Shown: positions 20,397-30,691 of the stretch, one piece after another | Position numbering within the stretch: position 1 is the first letter of the stretch | Layout: each line of letters opens with the position of its first letter | From: Alistipes sp. | Lineage (GTDB): Bacteria; Bacteroidota; Bacteroidia; Bacteroidales; Rikenellaceae | Direction of reading: 5' to 3' | Assembly (NCBI GenBank): GCA_045632085.1 | Contig: JAZQVY010000025.1 | Coordinates: 1,541 to 65,540 of the forward strand | DNA: 64,000 nucleotides | The notes under the pieces: generated by a model | Database searches by the model: none | Told to the model about the DNA's origin: nothing | Seen by the model: the letters and a program-made list of their open reading frames with translations, nothing else | Translations under genes and position numbers: made by a program

Positions 20397-21065
20397 ATGC
20401 AACGAATCAAAATAACCCCTTCGGCTTCGGGCGAATACCAAATTGCAGCACCCGACTTTGTCGGCTTCAAACAGAGTCTGCTCAAAATAAATGATTGGAC
20501 GCAGGCCGCCGAAAAGCGATTCGAGATGGTGCAACAACTGTTGGACTCTATGGGCGATGATGATATGCCGCTCGACTGGGAGCACAGCAACACCCGCGCA
20601 GCCATCGAGACCATCTATGCCTCGGCAATCGACTCTCTGAGTGTAGGCGAAATAGAGATTGCGGCGGCTTTGTGGGAGAATCTTATGGGATTGGACCAGG
20701 AGGACCATATGAATGTAAGCGTTCCGCTCGCATTCTGCTACGTTGTGCTGGAGGATTTCGACTGCCTGGAGAGCGTGATGTTCGACATATCGCCCAAGCG
20801 AGCCGAGTACCATCTGTTGATGCTTTGGAGCGAATATTTCCGCACAAAAGGCATTGCGATAGATTCGTTGCGGGAACTCCGTACCCGCCACAAAGCGTGG
20901 TATGCCGAGATTTTGGCCGACACTCACCCAATTGATGATGCCTATCTGGCAGATAGCCGCAAAGAGAAGCCATCGCCCACAACCGAGGCACGCGAATTAT
21001 GGTTCGTACTGGAGCCTCTGTTTGAGTCGCACCCCGAATTTATCGAAATGCTGAGAAAGGCGTAA
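20397..21065 (+). CDS. Hypothetical helical (TPR-like) protein
   Basis: 222-aa ORF co-oriented in the operon; LDWEHSNTR...LMGLDQEDH helical-repeat pattern. Confidence 0.6.
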   Translation: MQRIKITPSASGEYQIAAPDFVGFKQSLLKINDWTQAAEKRFEMVQQLLDSMGDDDMPLDWEHSNTRAAIETIYASAIDSLSVGEIEIAAALWENLMGLDQEDHMNVSVPLAFCYVVLEDFDCLESVMFDISPKRAEYHLLMLWSEYFRTKGIAIDSLRELRTRHKAWYAEILADTHPIDDAYLADSRKEKPSPTTEARELWFVLEPLFESHPEFIEMLRKA

Positions 21066-21101
21066 CGCCCCACGTTTATCAACATAACAAGCTAAAGAAG
21101 G

Positions 21102-22469
21102 ATGACTAAAACTTCTCGACATATCTTCTCAGAACCCATCTCTCGAGCCGAGGCTCTGCGCCGTATGGGTGCAGCGTTGGCTGTTGGCACGCTGGGACTC
21201 TCTGCGTGTGGTTCACGCTCGGAGACTCTGCCACAGACCGTCAATGCTGCCGAGGGCAAGGTCTCTCGCCGTCGCAACCCTCACAATGGCGACGAGGTGT
21301 CGATGCTCGGCTTTGGCTGTATGCGATTCCCCACAGTAGGTGGCGACCGCTACACTGGCGATATAGACAAAGCCCCCACACGCCAGATGCTGGAGTACGC
21401 ATATGAGTGCGGCGTGAACTATTTCGACACGGCTTGGATGTACCACAAGGGCACATCGGAGCAGATGGTGGGCGAGGTGCTGAAACAATACCCTCGCGAG
21501 TCGTTCTACTTGGCTGACAAGATGCCGCCAACGGCCAAAACACTGGCCGAGGCAAAAGAGATTTTTACGACTCAGCTATCGCGTTGCGGAGTTGATTATT
21601 TTGACTACTACCTCTGCCATAGCATCAGCCGCCAATATGTTTTCCAGAACCTCTATTTAGATGAGGGTGTGCTTGATTTTCTGCTGGAGCAGAAACGAGC
21701 AGGCAAGATTCGCCAGCTGGGATTCTCGTTCCACGGCGATTTGGCACTCTTTGAGTGGCTACTGGCGCTACCCATCGAGTGGGATTTTGTGCAAATACAG
21801 ATGAACTGGCTCGACTGGAAGGACAATGTGCGTCAGGCCGAAACGCTCTACACGATGCTTGCAGAGCGCAAGATACCCGTAATCGTGATGGAGCCCATTC
21901 GTGGCGGCTCGCTGATTGATGTACCCTTTGCCGTGAAGGAGCTGATGGAGCAGAGCGATGCCGAGCTATCACCCGCAGCGTGGGCACTGAAATTCTGCGC
22001 CACATATCCATATGTACTGACAGTACTGAGCGGAATGTCGAAGATAGAGCACGTTGTAGAGAATTGTCAGACCTTCACCGACTTCAAACCTCTTACCGAC
22101 GAACAGATGGAGATGCTTCATCTGGCCGCAGACCTCTACCGCAACAATAGCCGAATAGGTTGCACCGACTGTCTCTATTGTATGCCGTGCCCTTATGGGG
22201 TTGATATTGCTGGTATATTCCGTATCTACAACCGATGTGTTGATGACAGAGTCCTGCCCAACCCATCGGCCACACACGACAAGGAGTATCTGCGTCGCCG
22301 CCGAATACTGCTCAACCGCTACAAGAATGCAGTGAACGAAAAGGGTCGAGTAGATCGTTGTACGGGCTGCAACAAATGCTCTCCGAAATGTCCTCAAGGA
22401 CTGAATATTCCGCAGCAGCTCAGCCGAGTAGAAAAACTGATTGAGACAGTCCGAAAAGAGTGGAAATAG
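21102..22469 (+). CDS. Aldo/keto reductase with C-terminal 4Fe-4S dicluster
   Basis: LGFGCMRFP, YFDTAWMY, LGFSFHG, MEPIRGG, CTDCLYCMPCP, CTGCNKCSPKCP; Tat-like leader with LSAC lipobox. Confidence 0.9.
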   Translation: MTKTSRHIFSEPISRAEALRRMGAALAVGTLGLSACGSRSETLPQTVNAAEGKVSRRRNPHNGDEVSMLGFGCMRFPTVGGDRYTGDIDKAPTRQMLEYAYECGVNYFDTAWMYHKGTSEQMVGEVLKQYPRESFYLADKMPPTAKTLAEAKEIFTTQLSRCGVDYFDYYLCHSISRQYVFQNLYLDEGVLDFLLEQKRAGKIRQLGFSFHGDLALFEWLLALPIEWDFVQIQMNWLDWKDNVRQAETLYTMLAERKIPVIVMEPIRGGSLIDVPFAVKELMEQSDAELSPAAWALKFCATYPYVLTVLSGMSKIEHVVENCQTFTDFKPLTDEQMEMLHLAADLYRNNSRIGCTDCLYCMPCPYGVDIAGIFRIYNRCVDDRVLPNPSATHDKEYLRRRRILLNRYKNAVNEKGRVDRCTGCNKCSPKCPQGLNIPQQLSRVEKLIETVRKEWK

Positions 22470-22493
22470 AAGCAAGAAAACTTCCTAAAAATT

Positions 22494-24026
22494 ATGAGCA
22501 GAGTAAGAAAGATATATAATCCATTGCGAATTGTGCGTATAGCCGTGGCGCTGACCTGCCTCGCGCTGGCTATTGTTGCTTTTGCAGACTGGGGCAACGG
22601 CACACCCTTTATTGACGGATTGCACCGCACGGCTTCGGCCATTGCTCGCTGGCAATTTATCCCCGCATTGCTGAACATCAGCATCACAACCGTAACGCTG
22701 ATACTCTTAGTCACGCTATTTTTCGGCCGCATCTACTGCTCGACTATATGTCCGCTGGGCGTTGCGCAGGATGGTGTGAATGCTCTGCGAAATAGCCGAA
22801 GCAAAGCTGCTGCCACACGTTTTGCCTTCCGCAAGGCCGACAATATCTTGCGATACACCATTTTGGCTATCACAGCCATCGGCATTGCGATTGGTGTGGG
22901 CGCATTGGTGGCCTTCGTAGACCCATATAGCATATTCGGACGAATCATCTACGACGGTTTGCGTCCTATAGCACAGGCTATAAACAATGCGCTGGCCCTC
23001 ACCATTGGCGACACTTTTGGCCGCGAGACCATAGCCATCAGTTGGCTCAGTTCGCTCATCGCACTCACCACGATGCTCGCAATCGGAGCTGTTGCTTGGC
23101 GTTGGGGACGACGCTACTGCAACTCATTCTGCCCCGTAGGCACTCTGCTTGGCGAGGTGAGCCGAGTGGCGTTGATGAAGGTGAAAATCGACACCTCAAA
23201 ATGTAACTCCTGCGGACTCTGCGCCCGCAAATGCAAGAGCGAGTGCATCGACCCCACAACACACACCATCGATGCAACACGTTGCGTTGTATGCTTCGAC
23301 TGCATCGACAACTGCGCACAAAAGGCGATATCGTTTTCGCCAATCGAGATAGCAAAGAAGAACTCTCAGGATAAATCGGCAGAGTCCATCCGCGAAAAGA
23401 ACACAGCCGATATGTCGCGAGGAAAGTTCCTCTCGTCGATGGCAATAGCTGCCACCCTGCCACTTTCGCAAAATGTGCTGGCTCAAGGTCATCACAAGGG
23501 CAAGAGCAATGGTAATGGCAATGGTGGGCCACGTCCCGTTGCGCCCCCTGGAGCAGGAAGCCTGAGCAACCTGCACGCCAAGTGTACCGCCTGCCACCTC
23601 TGCGTAAGCAAATGCCCCACACACGTCTTGCAACCAGCTATAACCGAGTATGGATTGCAGGGAGTGATGCAACCCGTAATGCGCTATGACAAAGGATATT
23701 GTCTATATGACTGCACCCTATGTGGCGAGGTATGTCCAACAGGGGCTATCAACCTGCTCGACAGCGAGGAGAAGAAGATGACATTCATCGGCCACGCACT
23801 CTTTCACCGCGAGCGATGCATAGTTTCGGTTGACGGAGTGGAGTGTGGCAACTGCGCCGAGCACTGCCCTGCCGAGGCTATCAAGATGGTAAAATCACCC
23901 ATCGACCGTCGCACCTACCCCGAAATTGAGAAGGCTCTCTGCATCGGCTGCGGTCGTTGCGAGTACCTTTGCCCCGCAACACCTATCAAAGCAATAACCG
24001 TCAAAGGCTATAAAACACATAAATAA
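22494..24026 (+). CDS. Membrane polyferredoxin (NapH/MauN-like plus NapF/MauM-like domains)
   Basis: GRIYCSTICPLG, RRYCNSFCPVG and multiple CxxCxxCxxxCP motifs. Confidence 0.85.
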   Translation: MSRVRKIYNPLRIVRIAVALTCLALAIVAFADWGNGTPFIDGLHRTASAIARWQFIPALLNISITTVTLILLVTLFFGRIYCSTICPLGVAQDGVNALRNSRSKAAATRFAFRKADNILRYTILAITAIGIAIGVGALVAFVDPYSIFGRIIYDGLRPIAQAINNALALTIGDTFGRETIAISWLSSLIALTTMLAIGAVAWRWGRRYCNSFCPVGTLLGEVSRVALMKVKIDTSKCNSCGLCARKCKSECIDPTTHTIDATRCVVCFDCIDNCAQKAISFSPIEIAKKNSQDKSAESIREKNTADMSRGKFLSSMAIAATLPLSQNVLAQGHHKGKSNGNGNGGPRPVAPPGAGSLSNLHAKCTACHLCVSKCPTHVLQPAITEYGLQGVMQPVMRYDKGYCLYDCTLCGEVCPTGAINLLDSEEKKMTFIGHALFHRERCIVSVDGVECGNCAEHCPAEAIKMVKSPIDRRTYPEIEKALCIGCGRCEYLCPATPIKAITVKGYKTHK

Positions 24027-24042
24027 ATTAATAAATTAGTCT

Positions 24043-25056
24043 ATGAGATTAAATTGTCGCTTGGGAATAATACTTTTGGTGGCAATATACGCCTCTGGGT
24101 TGACCGTTGCAGCTCAATCCAGATCGGCACGCAAAAGTATAAAACATAAGGCACAGAGCGAGGTTATCTTCTCGTACAACGCCCCCACAATCAATATCTA
24201 CTCGGCTGCGGTGGAGGATACCACTCGTCTGTTCGTCATCTCCGACACCCACCTGTGGATAAGCGATGAGCGCGAGGAGCCATATCGCGCAAACAGCAAG
24301 CGAATGGCGGCGGCCTATAATAGAACTTCGCATTTCCAGACTGGCAAGCCGACAAATCCGGAGGAGTCGTTACGTGCTACGATAGATTTGGCAAAGAAAA
24401 ATGGAGCCGACGTTATTACGTTGCTTGGTGACATGGTAAGCTACCCCTCGGAGCGAGGTGTAGAGTTGGTGCAGGAGGTAATGAATGCGGCAGGTATTCC
24501 ATGGTACTATACCTGTGGCAATCACGATTGGCACTATGAAGGTATGGAGGGCGACAGATTAACATTGCGCGATACTTGGCGCAAGGAGCGATTACAGCCT
24601 CTGTTTGGCGGCAACAACCCTAATGGATATGTAGTTGAGATGAATGGAATCCAGCTTCTTATTCTCGATACTTCGACCTACGATGTACTGCCCGAGCAGC
24701 TGGCTCTCACCAAAGAGGTTATAGCATCGGGAAAGCCTTTTGTTTTGATGATGCATATTCCATTGTATGCCCCCGGGCGACGCGTGTCGTATGGCATCGG
24801 CAATCCGAATTGGGGAGCCGATAACGATGGTGGCTACAAAATTGAACGTCGTGAGCAGTGGCCAAAGGAGGGACACACCAAGACCGATTATGACTTCTAT
24901 AACGCCATAACATCAGCCCCCAACCTGTTGGCATCGTTTGCCGGCCACGTTCACGCCAACGGTGTGGATATAATTGGCGGTAAGCCTCATTTCACAGTCG
25001 AGGCCAATGCCCGCGGAGCATATTACGAGGTGGTGATTATACCGCTAAAGAAGTGA
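24043..25056 (+). CDS. Calcineurin-like metallophosphoesterase, secreted
   Basis: SDTH, LGD, GNHD, MHIP, AGHVH motifs; signal peptide. Confidence 0.85.
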   Translation: MRLNCRLGIILLVAIYASGLTVAAQSRSARKSIKHKAQSEVIFSYNAPTINIYSAAVEDTTRLFVISDTHLWISDEREEPYRANSKRMAAAYNRTSHFQTGKPTNPEESLRATIDLAKKNGADVITLLGDMVSYPSERGVELVQEVMNAAGIPWYYTCGNHDWHYEGMEGDRLTLRDTWRKERLQPLFGGNNPNGYVVEMNGIQLLILDTSTYDVLPEQLALTKEVIASGKPFVLMMHIPLYAPGRRVSYGIGNPNWGADNDGGYKIERREQWPKEGHTKTDYDFYNAITSAPNLLASFAGHVHANGVDIIGGKPHFTVEANARGAYYEVVIIPLKK

Positions 25057-25083
25057 TAAATTTTTCCACAAATAAAACAAAAA

Positions 25084-25116
25084 AAAGGGTTGTCCGAAAA
25101 CATCGAACAACCCTTT
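25084..25116. terminator. GGGTTGTCC-family hairpin terminator
   Basis: AAAGGGTTGTCCGA...TCGAACAACCCTTT. Confidence 0.7.
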
Positions 25117-25150
25117 ATCCATTCTTTATCTTAACCCTATTCTATTGAAT

Positions 25151-25176
25151 TAGAAGTTGTATAACTAGAGCTATTT
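25151..25176 (+). repeat. Left-arm remnant of the ERIC/RPE-like element overlapping the META gene stop
   Basis: TAGAAGTTGTATAACTAGAGCTATTT versus AGAAGTTGTATAACAAGAGCTATTT at 62762 (1 mismatch). Confidence 0.75.
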
Positions 25177-25590
25177 AGCTTGTAAGATTACCTGAACCTC
25201 GCCATTTGACAACAGCATCAACATATCACCATCAATCTCATAGTGGGTTGTGCGACCGAGTATAGCCAAAAACTGGCTTTCAAGCTCTGCCTCACGGCAC
25301 ATACGGCGAGTAGAGGCAACGTTTGTAAACTTCATATCGCCACGCTCGGTGATCTGATACTCACCCATCAAAGTATTGCAAGCTGCAACGCCCGCAAACT
25401 TACCACCCTGCTCAAACGAGAAGAGGAATTGCTCGGGCTTGATGCTCAGCTCCTGCTCCATCATCTTTACCATATGCCACTTCTGACCTGTGAGCGATTT
25501 ATTGTTTTTACCCTTGCGACAAGCACAGCAACCTACGCCAACAGCCACAATCAAGAGGGTCATAATCGACAATGTGAAAAATTTTTTCAT
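25171..25590 (-). CDS. META domain (HslJ-like) lipoprotein
   Basis: GVAACNTLMGEY, ASTRRMC; lipoprotein-like signal. Confidence 0.85.
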   Translation of the reverse strand: MKKFFTLSIMTLLIVAVGVGCCACRKGKNNKSLTGQKWHMVKMMEQELSIKPEQFLFSFEQGGKFAGVAACNTLMGEYQITERGDMKFTNVASTRRMCREAELESQFLAILGRTTHYEIDGDMLMLLSNGEVQVILQAK

Positions 25591-25721
25591 ACAAATTTAT
25601 TTTACCAGATATTGATAATTCGCGTTTTACAAAAAAATAACGTCATCAAACGCCATTCCAGTATGGCAAAGATAGGGATTTTTGTTATCTTTGCGTATCG
25701 ATTACATAAATTTAACACAGT

Positions 25722-26096
25722 ATGAAAAAGATTATAGCTTCACCCAACGCGCCAAAGGCGGTTGGGCCATACTCACAAGCAGTTGAAAATAACGGCACTA
25801 TCTATGTTTCAGGCCAGCTCCCCATCGACGCCGCAACAGGTAAGATGGCCGAGGGCATCGAGGAGCAGACTCGCCAGTCGCTAACAAACATCGGTCATAT
25901 TCTTCGAGAGGCTGGTTACGATTATGCTGACGTTGCAAAGGTAACAGTGCTGCTCGATGACATCGGTGATTTCGCCGCTATGAACGGAGTATATGCAACA
26001 TTCTTCACTGAGCAGATGCCAGCACGCGTATGCTATGAGGTTGCTAAGCTCCCGATGGGAGCAAAGGTGGAGATTGACGCCATCGCAGTTAAATAA
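25722..26096 (+). CDS. ridA: RidA family reactive intermediate deaminase
   Basis: APKAVGPYSQA, VSGQLP, MPAR, LPMGAKVEIDAIA. Confidence 0.92.
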   Translation: MKKIIASPNAPKAVGPYSQAVENNGTIYVSGQLPIDAATGKMAEGIEEQTRQSLTNIGHILREAGYDYADVAKVTVLLDDIGDFAAMNGVYATFFTEQMPARVCYEVAKLPMGAKVEIDAIAVK

Positions 26097-26116
26097 TTTT
26101 TAGTACTACGACAGTT

Positions 26117-26148
26117 AATATGCGTCGGAGTAGCCTCCGGCGCATATT
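26117..26148 (+). terminator. Terminator after ridA
   Basis: AATATGCGTCGGAG tagc CTCCGGCGCATATT. Confidence 0.7.
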
Positions 26149-26312
26149 TCATTAATAAGTTAATAACTTGTCGAAAAATCCGCTGCCAAGAGAGTACAAC
26201 TCACCCCAATTTTTCGGAAATTTGTAGTGGTGAAAGTTGCCCTATCACAAGGGCACAACACTCTTTATTTTGACGTAAACATAAGAAAATTAAATAAATA
26301 CATCAAAAAACC

Positions 26313-28856
26313 ATGACAAAACCTAACTCTACTCTTCCCGAAGTTAGCTACGACGAGGCTGTTGCCGCGTCGAAAGAGTACTTCGGTGGCGATGAACTCG
26401 CCGCTACGGTTTGGGTGAGTAAGTATGCGTTGAAGGATTCATACGGTCATATCTACGAGCGCACACCCGAAGATATGCACCACCGTATTGCAGCCGAGAT
26501 TGAGCGCATCGAGAACAACTACCCCAACCCAATGAGTCGCGACGAGGTGTTCGCTTTGCTCGACCACTTCCGCTACATTATCCCTCAGGGTGGCCCAATG
26601 ACAGGTATTGGTAACAACCTGCAGGTGGCATCACTCTCTAACTGCTTTGTTATTGGTAACCGCGAGCATGCCGACTCTTACGGAGGTATCTTCCGTATGG
26701 ACGAGGAGCAGGTGCAGCTTATGAAGCGCCGAGGCGGCGTGGGTCACGACCTTTCGGAGTTGCGCCCAACAGGCACACCAGTACTCAATTCGGCACTCAC
26801 ATCAACTGGTATCGTTCCATTTATGGAGCGTTATTCAAACTCTACACGTGAGGTGGCTCAGGATGGCCGCCGTGGAGCTTTAATGCTCTCGCTCTCAATC
26901 AAGCACCCCGATGCAGAACGCTTTATCGACGCTAAGACTCAGTCGGGCAAGGTGACAGGCGCAAACGTATCTATCAAGGTTGATGACGAGTTTATGAAGG
27001 CCGCCAAGGAGGGCAAGCCCTACAAGCAGCAGTTCCCAATCAACTCGAAGGAGCCTAAGATGGAGGTTGAAATCGATGCTAAGAAGCTGTGGGACAAGAT
27101 TATCCACAACGCTTGGCAATCAGCTGAGCCTGGTGTATTGTTCTGGGATACAATCATTCGTGAGTCTATCCCCGATTGCTATGCCGACAAGGGCTTTACA
27201 ACAGTTTCAACCAACCCTTGCGGAGAGATTCCATTGTGTCCATACGACAGCTGCCGATTGTTGGCACTCAACTTGTTAGGCTATGTGGAGAATCCATTTA
27301 CTCCAGAGGCTAAGTTCAACTTCGATCTCTTCAAGGAGCACGTTGGCAAGGCGATGCGTATGATGGACGACATCATCGACCTGGAGTTGGAGAAGGTGGA
27401 GCTTATCATCAACAAGGTGGCAAGCGACCCCGAGGAGGAGGATATCCGCCGTGTTGAGCTTGAGTTGTGGAAGAAGATTAAGGATATGGCTCTCAAGGGC
27501 CGCCGTACCGGTCTCGGCATCACTGCCGAGGGTGATATGTTGGCAGCCTTGGGCTTGCGATATGGTTCTGACGAAGCTATTGAGTTTGCAGTATCGGTAC
27601 ACCGTGCATTGGCATTGGAGGCTTACCGCGCATCTACAAAGATGGCGGCAGAGCGTGGTGCATTCCCTATCTTCGAGGCTGCTCGTGAGGCAAACAACCC
27701 TATGATTGCCCGCATCCGCGAGAACGATCCAGAGCTTTACGAGGAGATGGTAAAGAGCGGTCGCCGCAATATCGCTATGCTTACAATCGCTCCTACCGGC
27801 ACAACATCGCTTATGTCGCAGACAACATCGGGCATCGAGCCTGTATTCCGTCCTGTGTATAAGCGTCGCCGCAAGATCAACCCATCAGACAGAGGCAAGA
27901 AGGCCGACTTTATCGACGAGATGGGCGAGAAGTTTGAGGAGTATTATGTATATCACCACCAGTTTGTTAAGTGGCTGGAGCAGAATGGCTATGACACTTC
28001 AAAGTTGCAGAACATCAGCGACGATGAGCTCAACAAGTGGTTGAAAGCGTCGCCATACTTCGGCGCAACAGCTAACGATATCGACTGGGTTGCAAAGGTT
28101 CGCATGCAGGGTGCCATCCAGAAGTGGGTTGACCACTCTATTTCGGTAACTGTAAACCTTCCAAACGACGTGTCGGAGGAGTTGGTTGCTGAGGTTTATC
28201 GCACAGCTTGGGAGTGCGGCTGTAAGGGTGTAACTGTTTATCGCGACGGATGCCGTACAGGCGTGTTGCTCGACACCAAGAGCAAGAGTGGCAAGAAGTG
28301 CGATTCGGGCACAGCTGCACAGAAGCGTCCAAAGTCTATTCCAGCCGACATCGTTCGTTTCAAGAACGGCAGCGAGGATTGGATTGCGTTTGTAGGTATT
28401 CAGGACGGACGTCCATATGAGATCTTCACCGGTAAGATTGAGGAGGATGCAATGTATATTCCTCGCAAGATTACAAAGGGTTGGATCTTGAAGGTTCGCG
28501 AGGAGGACGGTTCGAAGCGCTATGACTTCCAGTACTCAGACCGTTATGGTTATACCAACACAATTGGTGGTATTTCACGTTTGTTCGATGAGGAGTTCTG
28601 GAACTATGCAAAGCTTATCTCAGGAGTATTGCGCCACGGAATGCCTATCGACAAGGTGGTACACCTTATCGATGGTTTGCACCTCAATAGCGAGAGTATC
28701 AACACCTGGAAAAATGGTGTGCAACGAGCTCTTAAACAGTATATCGCCGACGGAACACGCTCTAAGGGCAAATGCCCACACTGCGGACAGGAGGAGATGG
28801 CCTACCAGAATGGCTGCTTGACTTGTATGTCGTGCGGATACTCAAAATGTGGTTAA
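26313..28856 (+). CDS. nrdJ: Adenosylcobalamin-dependent (class II) ribonucleotide reductase
   Basis: SLSNCFV, TNPCGEIPL, IAPTGTTS, GCKGVTVYRDG, C-terminal CPHC...CMSCGYSKC zinc ribbon; no nrdB adjacent. Confidence 0.92.
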   Translation: MTKPNSTLPEVSYDEAVAASKEYFGGDELAATVWVSKYALKDSYGHIYERTPEDMHHRIAAEIERIENNYPNPMSRDEVFALLDHFRYIIPQGGPMTGIGNNLQVASLSNCFVIGNREHADSYGGIFRMDEEQVQLMKRRGGVGHDLSELRPTGTPVLNSALTSTGIVPFMERYSNSTREVAQDGRRGALMLSLSIKHPDAERFIDAKTQSGKVTGANVSIKVDDEFMKAAKEGKPYKQQFPINSKEPKMEVEIDAKKLWDKIIHNAWQSAEPGVLFWDTIIRESIPDCYADKGFTTVSTNPCGEIPLCPYDSCRLLALNLLGYVENPFTPEAKFNFDLFKEHVGKAMRMMDDIIDLELEKVELIINKVASDPEEEDIRRVELELWKKIKDMALKGRRTGLGITAEGDMLAALGLRYGSDEAIEFAVSVHRALALEAYRASTKMAAERGAFPIFEAAREANNPMIARIRENDPELYEEMVKSGRRNIAMLTIAPTGTTSLMSQTTSGIEPVFRPVYKRRRKINPSDRGKKADFIDEMGEKFEEYYVYHHQFVKWLEQNGYDTSKLQNISDDELNKWLKASPYFGATANDIDWVAKVRMQGAIQKWVDHSISVTVNLPNDVSEELVAEVYRTAWECGCKGVTVYRDGCRTGVLLDTKSKSGKKCDSGTAAQKRPKSIPADIVRFKNGSEDWIAFVGIQDGRPYEIFTGKIEEDAMYIPRKITKGWILKVREEDGSKRYDFQYSDRYGYTNTIGGISRLFDEEFWNYAKLISGVLRHGMPIDKVVHLIDGLHLNSESINTWKNGVQRALKQYIADGTRSKGKCPHCGQEEMAYQNGCLTCMSCGYSKCG

Positions 28857-29070
28857 AAAGAGGCTGTGAATGGGATAAATTTATCAAAAACCGCAAAAAA
28901 ATAATTGATTTTCTTGCTTTTTAATATTTTTATTTCCACCTTTGCATCTGTATATGCGGTATTAAATCGTATTCGGCGCATTTTTCGCAAGGGAAATGCG
29001 CTATGCGAGGTACTTAATATATATGTGTAAACAGGGTTATAAAATAACAGCACAATAAACTAATTAAATT

Positions 29071-30222
29071 ATGAAAAAATTTTTACTTTCTATCGCTCTT
29101 GTAGCGTTCTCTGTAGCTAACGTAGCTGCACAGGAGACTTCAGCAGAGAAACTCCGCTGGAAGGGTATTATGAACAACGGCTTCTGGTCAAACTGGGAGA
29201 TCTCTGTAGCAGGTGGCGTTAACGCAACTGCATGGGATGGCGTTGCAACAAACCAGGTAACTGGTGACCTCGGTTGGCAGATTGAGGGTGGCCTTACAAA
29301 GTGGTTCAACCCTATCGTAGGTGCTCGCGTTCAGTTGATCGGTGGTGAGCTCAACAAGTCTAACAAGGCAGTTAACAGCAACTGGATTATGCCACACGCT
29401 GATGCGGTTATCAACCTTTCTAACTGGATTGGTGGCTACCGTGAGGATCGCGTATACTACGCTAAGTTGTTCGCTGGTGCTGGTGTTAACTTCGTTGACA
29501 TCAACGCTCAGGGTGGTTCAGGCTTCGCTGCTACAGCAGGTTTGATCAACACATTCCGCGTTTGCAAGCAGTTGGATATCAACCTCGAGTTGAAGGGTAT
29601 CCTTTCAGCTGGTCACGATATGCCTGCTTACATCGCTCCAGTAGCTGGCAAGTATGGTCAGATCTACTCTGCTACTTTGGGTATCGCTTACCGCTTCAAC
29701 AAGCGTGATTGGAGCAAGGCTTACTCACAGGAGGAGGTTGACGGTTACTTGGCATCTATCGCAGCTTTGGAGGCTGGTTTGGCTGAGGCTCACCGCAACG
29801 AGGGCAAGCTCGCAGAGCGTTTGGCTGCTCAGAAGGCTGCTACAGATCAGGCTTTGAAGGACAACGAGGCTTTGCGTGCTGAGTTGGCTAAGCGTAAGAA
29901 CTCTGTAGTTTCTTCTACAGCTTTGTTCTTCAACCTCAACAGCGCTCGTCTTTTGGATCGTGCAAAGTCTGCAATGCAGATCTTGGCTGAGACAATCGCA
30001 GCTGCTCCAAAGGATCAGGTATTCACACTCGTTGGTCACGCTGACGATGAGACTGGTTCACCTGAGTACAACCAGAAGCTTTCTGAGAAGCGTGCTAAGG
30101 CTGTTTACGATTACCTCGTTGAGAACGGCGTAAACAAGGATCAGTTGACTTGGAAGGGTGTTGGTTCTTCACAGAACATCTTCCCTATCAACAGCACAAA
30201 CCGTGTAGTTATCGTAAAGTAA
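29071..30222 (+). CDS. OmpA family outer membrane protein
   Basis: Signal peptide, barrel, coiled coil, OmpA C-domain (GHADDETG..YNQKLSEKRAKAV, NRVV); strong high-expression codon bias. Confidence 0.9.
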   Translation: MKKFLLSIALVAFSVANVAAQETSAEKLRWKGIMNNGFWSNWEISVAGGVNATAWDGVATNQVTGDLGWQIEGGLTKWFNPIVGARVQLIGGELNKSNKAVNSNWIMPHADAVINLSNWIGGYREDRVYYAKLFAGAGVNFVDINAQGGSGFAATAGLINTFRVCKQLDINLELKGILSAGHDMPAYIAPVAGKYGQIYSATLGIAYRFNKRDWSKAYSQEEVDGYLASIAALEAGLAEAHRNEGKLAERLAAQKAATDQALKDNEALRAELAKRKNSVVSSTALFFNLNSARLLDRAKSAMQILAETIAAAPKDQVFTLVGHADDETGSPEYNQKLSEKRAKAVYDYLVENGVNKDQLTWKGVGSSQNIFPINSTNRVVIVK

Positions 30223-30242
30223 TTTAAACTAAGATAACAGTG

Positions 30243-30270
30243 AGGGCTACCATTACGGTAGCCCTTTTTT
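30243..30270 (+). terminator. Terminator after the OmpA gene
   Basis: AGGGCTACC attac GGTAGCCCT followed by a T-run. Confidence 0.8.
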
Positions 30271-30400
30271 GTTACATATACAAAACCCATCTCTGGCTCG
30301 TAGATATGTAGGTATACTGAATATCTGCAAATGGGAAATGTTGTAGAAAAAAAAGAGTGCCGCTCATCTCGACACTCTCATCATACACATATATTATATA

Positions 30401-30691
30401 TTATCTAATTATAACTGCGTTTACAAGCTTTACTCCCGACACACGGTTAATCTCATCACGCAGAGCATCGCGGCGGCAAAAGAGCTCATAACGCACCACG
30501 CTGGATGTAAGATTTATATACAATATCCGATTCTCCAGCTTTATCGAAGAGGTCAGCGAGGCAACCCTCTCGCCCACCACTTCGCGCCAGGTGTCGGGGA
30601 GGCGCCCCTCAGCAACCTTTGCGGCAACGTAAGGAGACGAAAAAAAATCCTCTAATATATCTCCGAAGAGAACAGCATCCTTACGCTTCAT
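30401..30691 (-). CDS. DciA/DUF721 family protein
   Basis: WREVVG..VA..T, LYINLTSSVVRYEL; conserved position downstream of recF. Confidence 0.8.
   Translation of the reverse strand: MKRKDAVLFGDILEDFFSSPYVAAKVAEGRLPDTWREVVGERVASLTSSIKLENRILYINLTSSVVRYELFCRRDALRDEINRVSGVKLVNAVIIR

Noticed and set aside
26313-28856. Intein or intron in nrdJ
   Set aside because: Length is ordinary, motifs are contiguous and no splice-junction or homing endonuclease motifs are visible.
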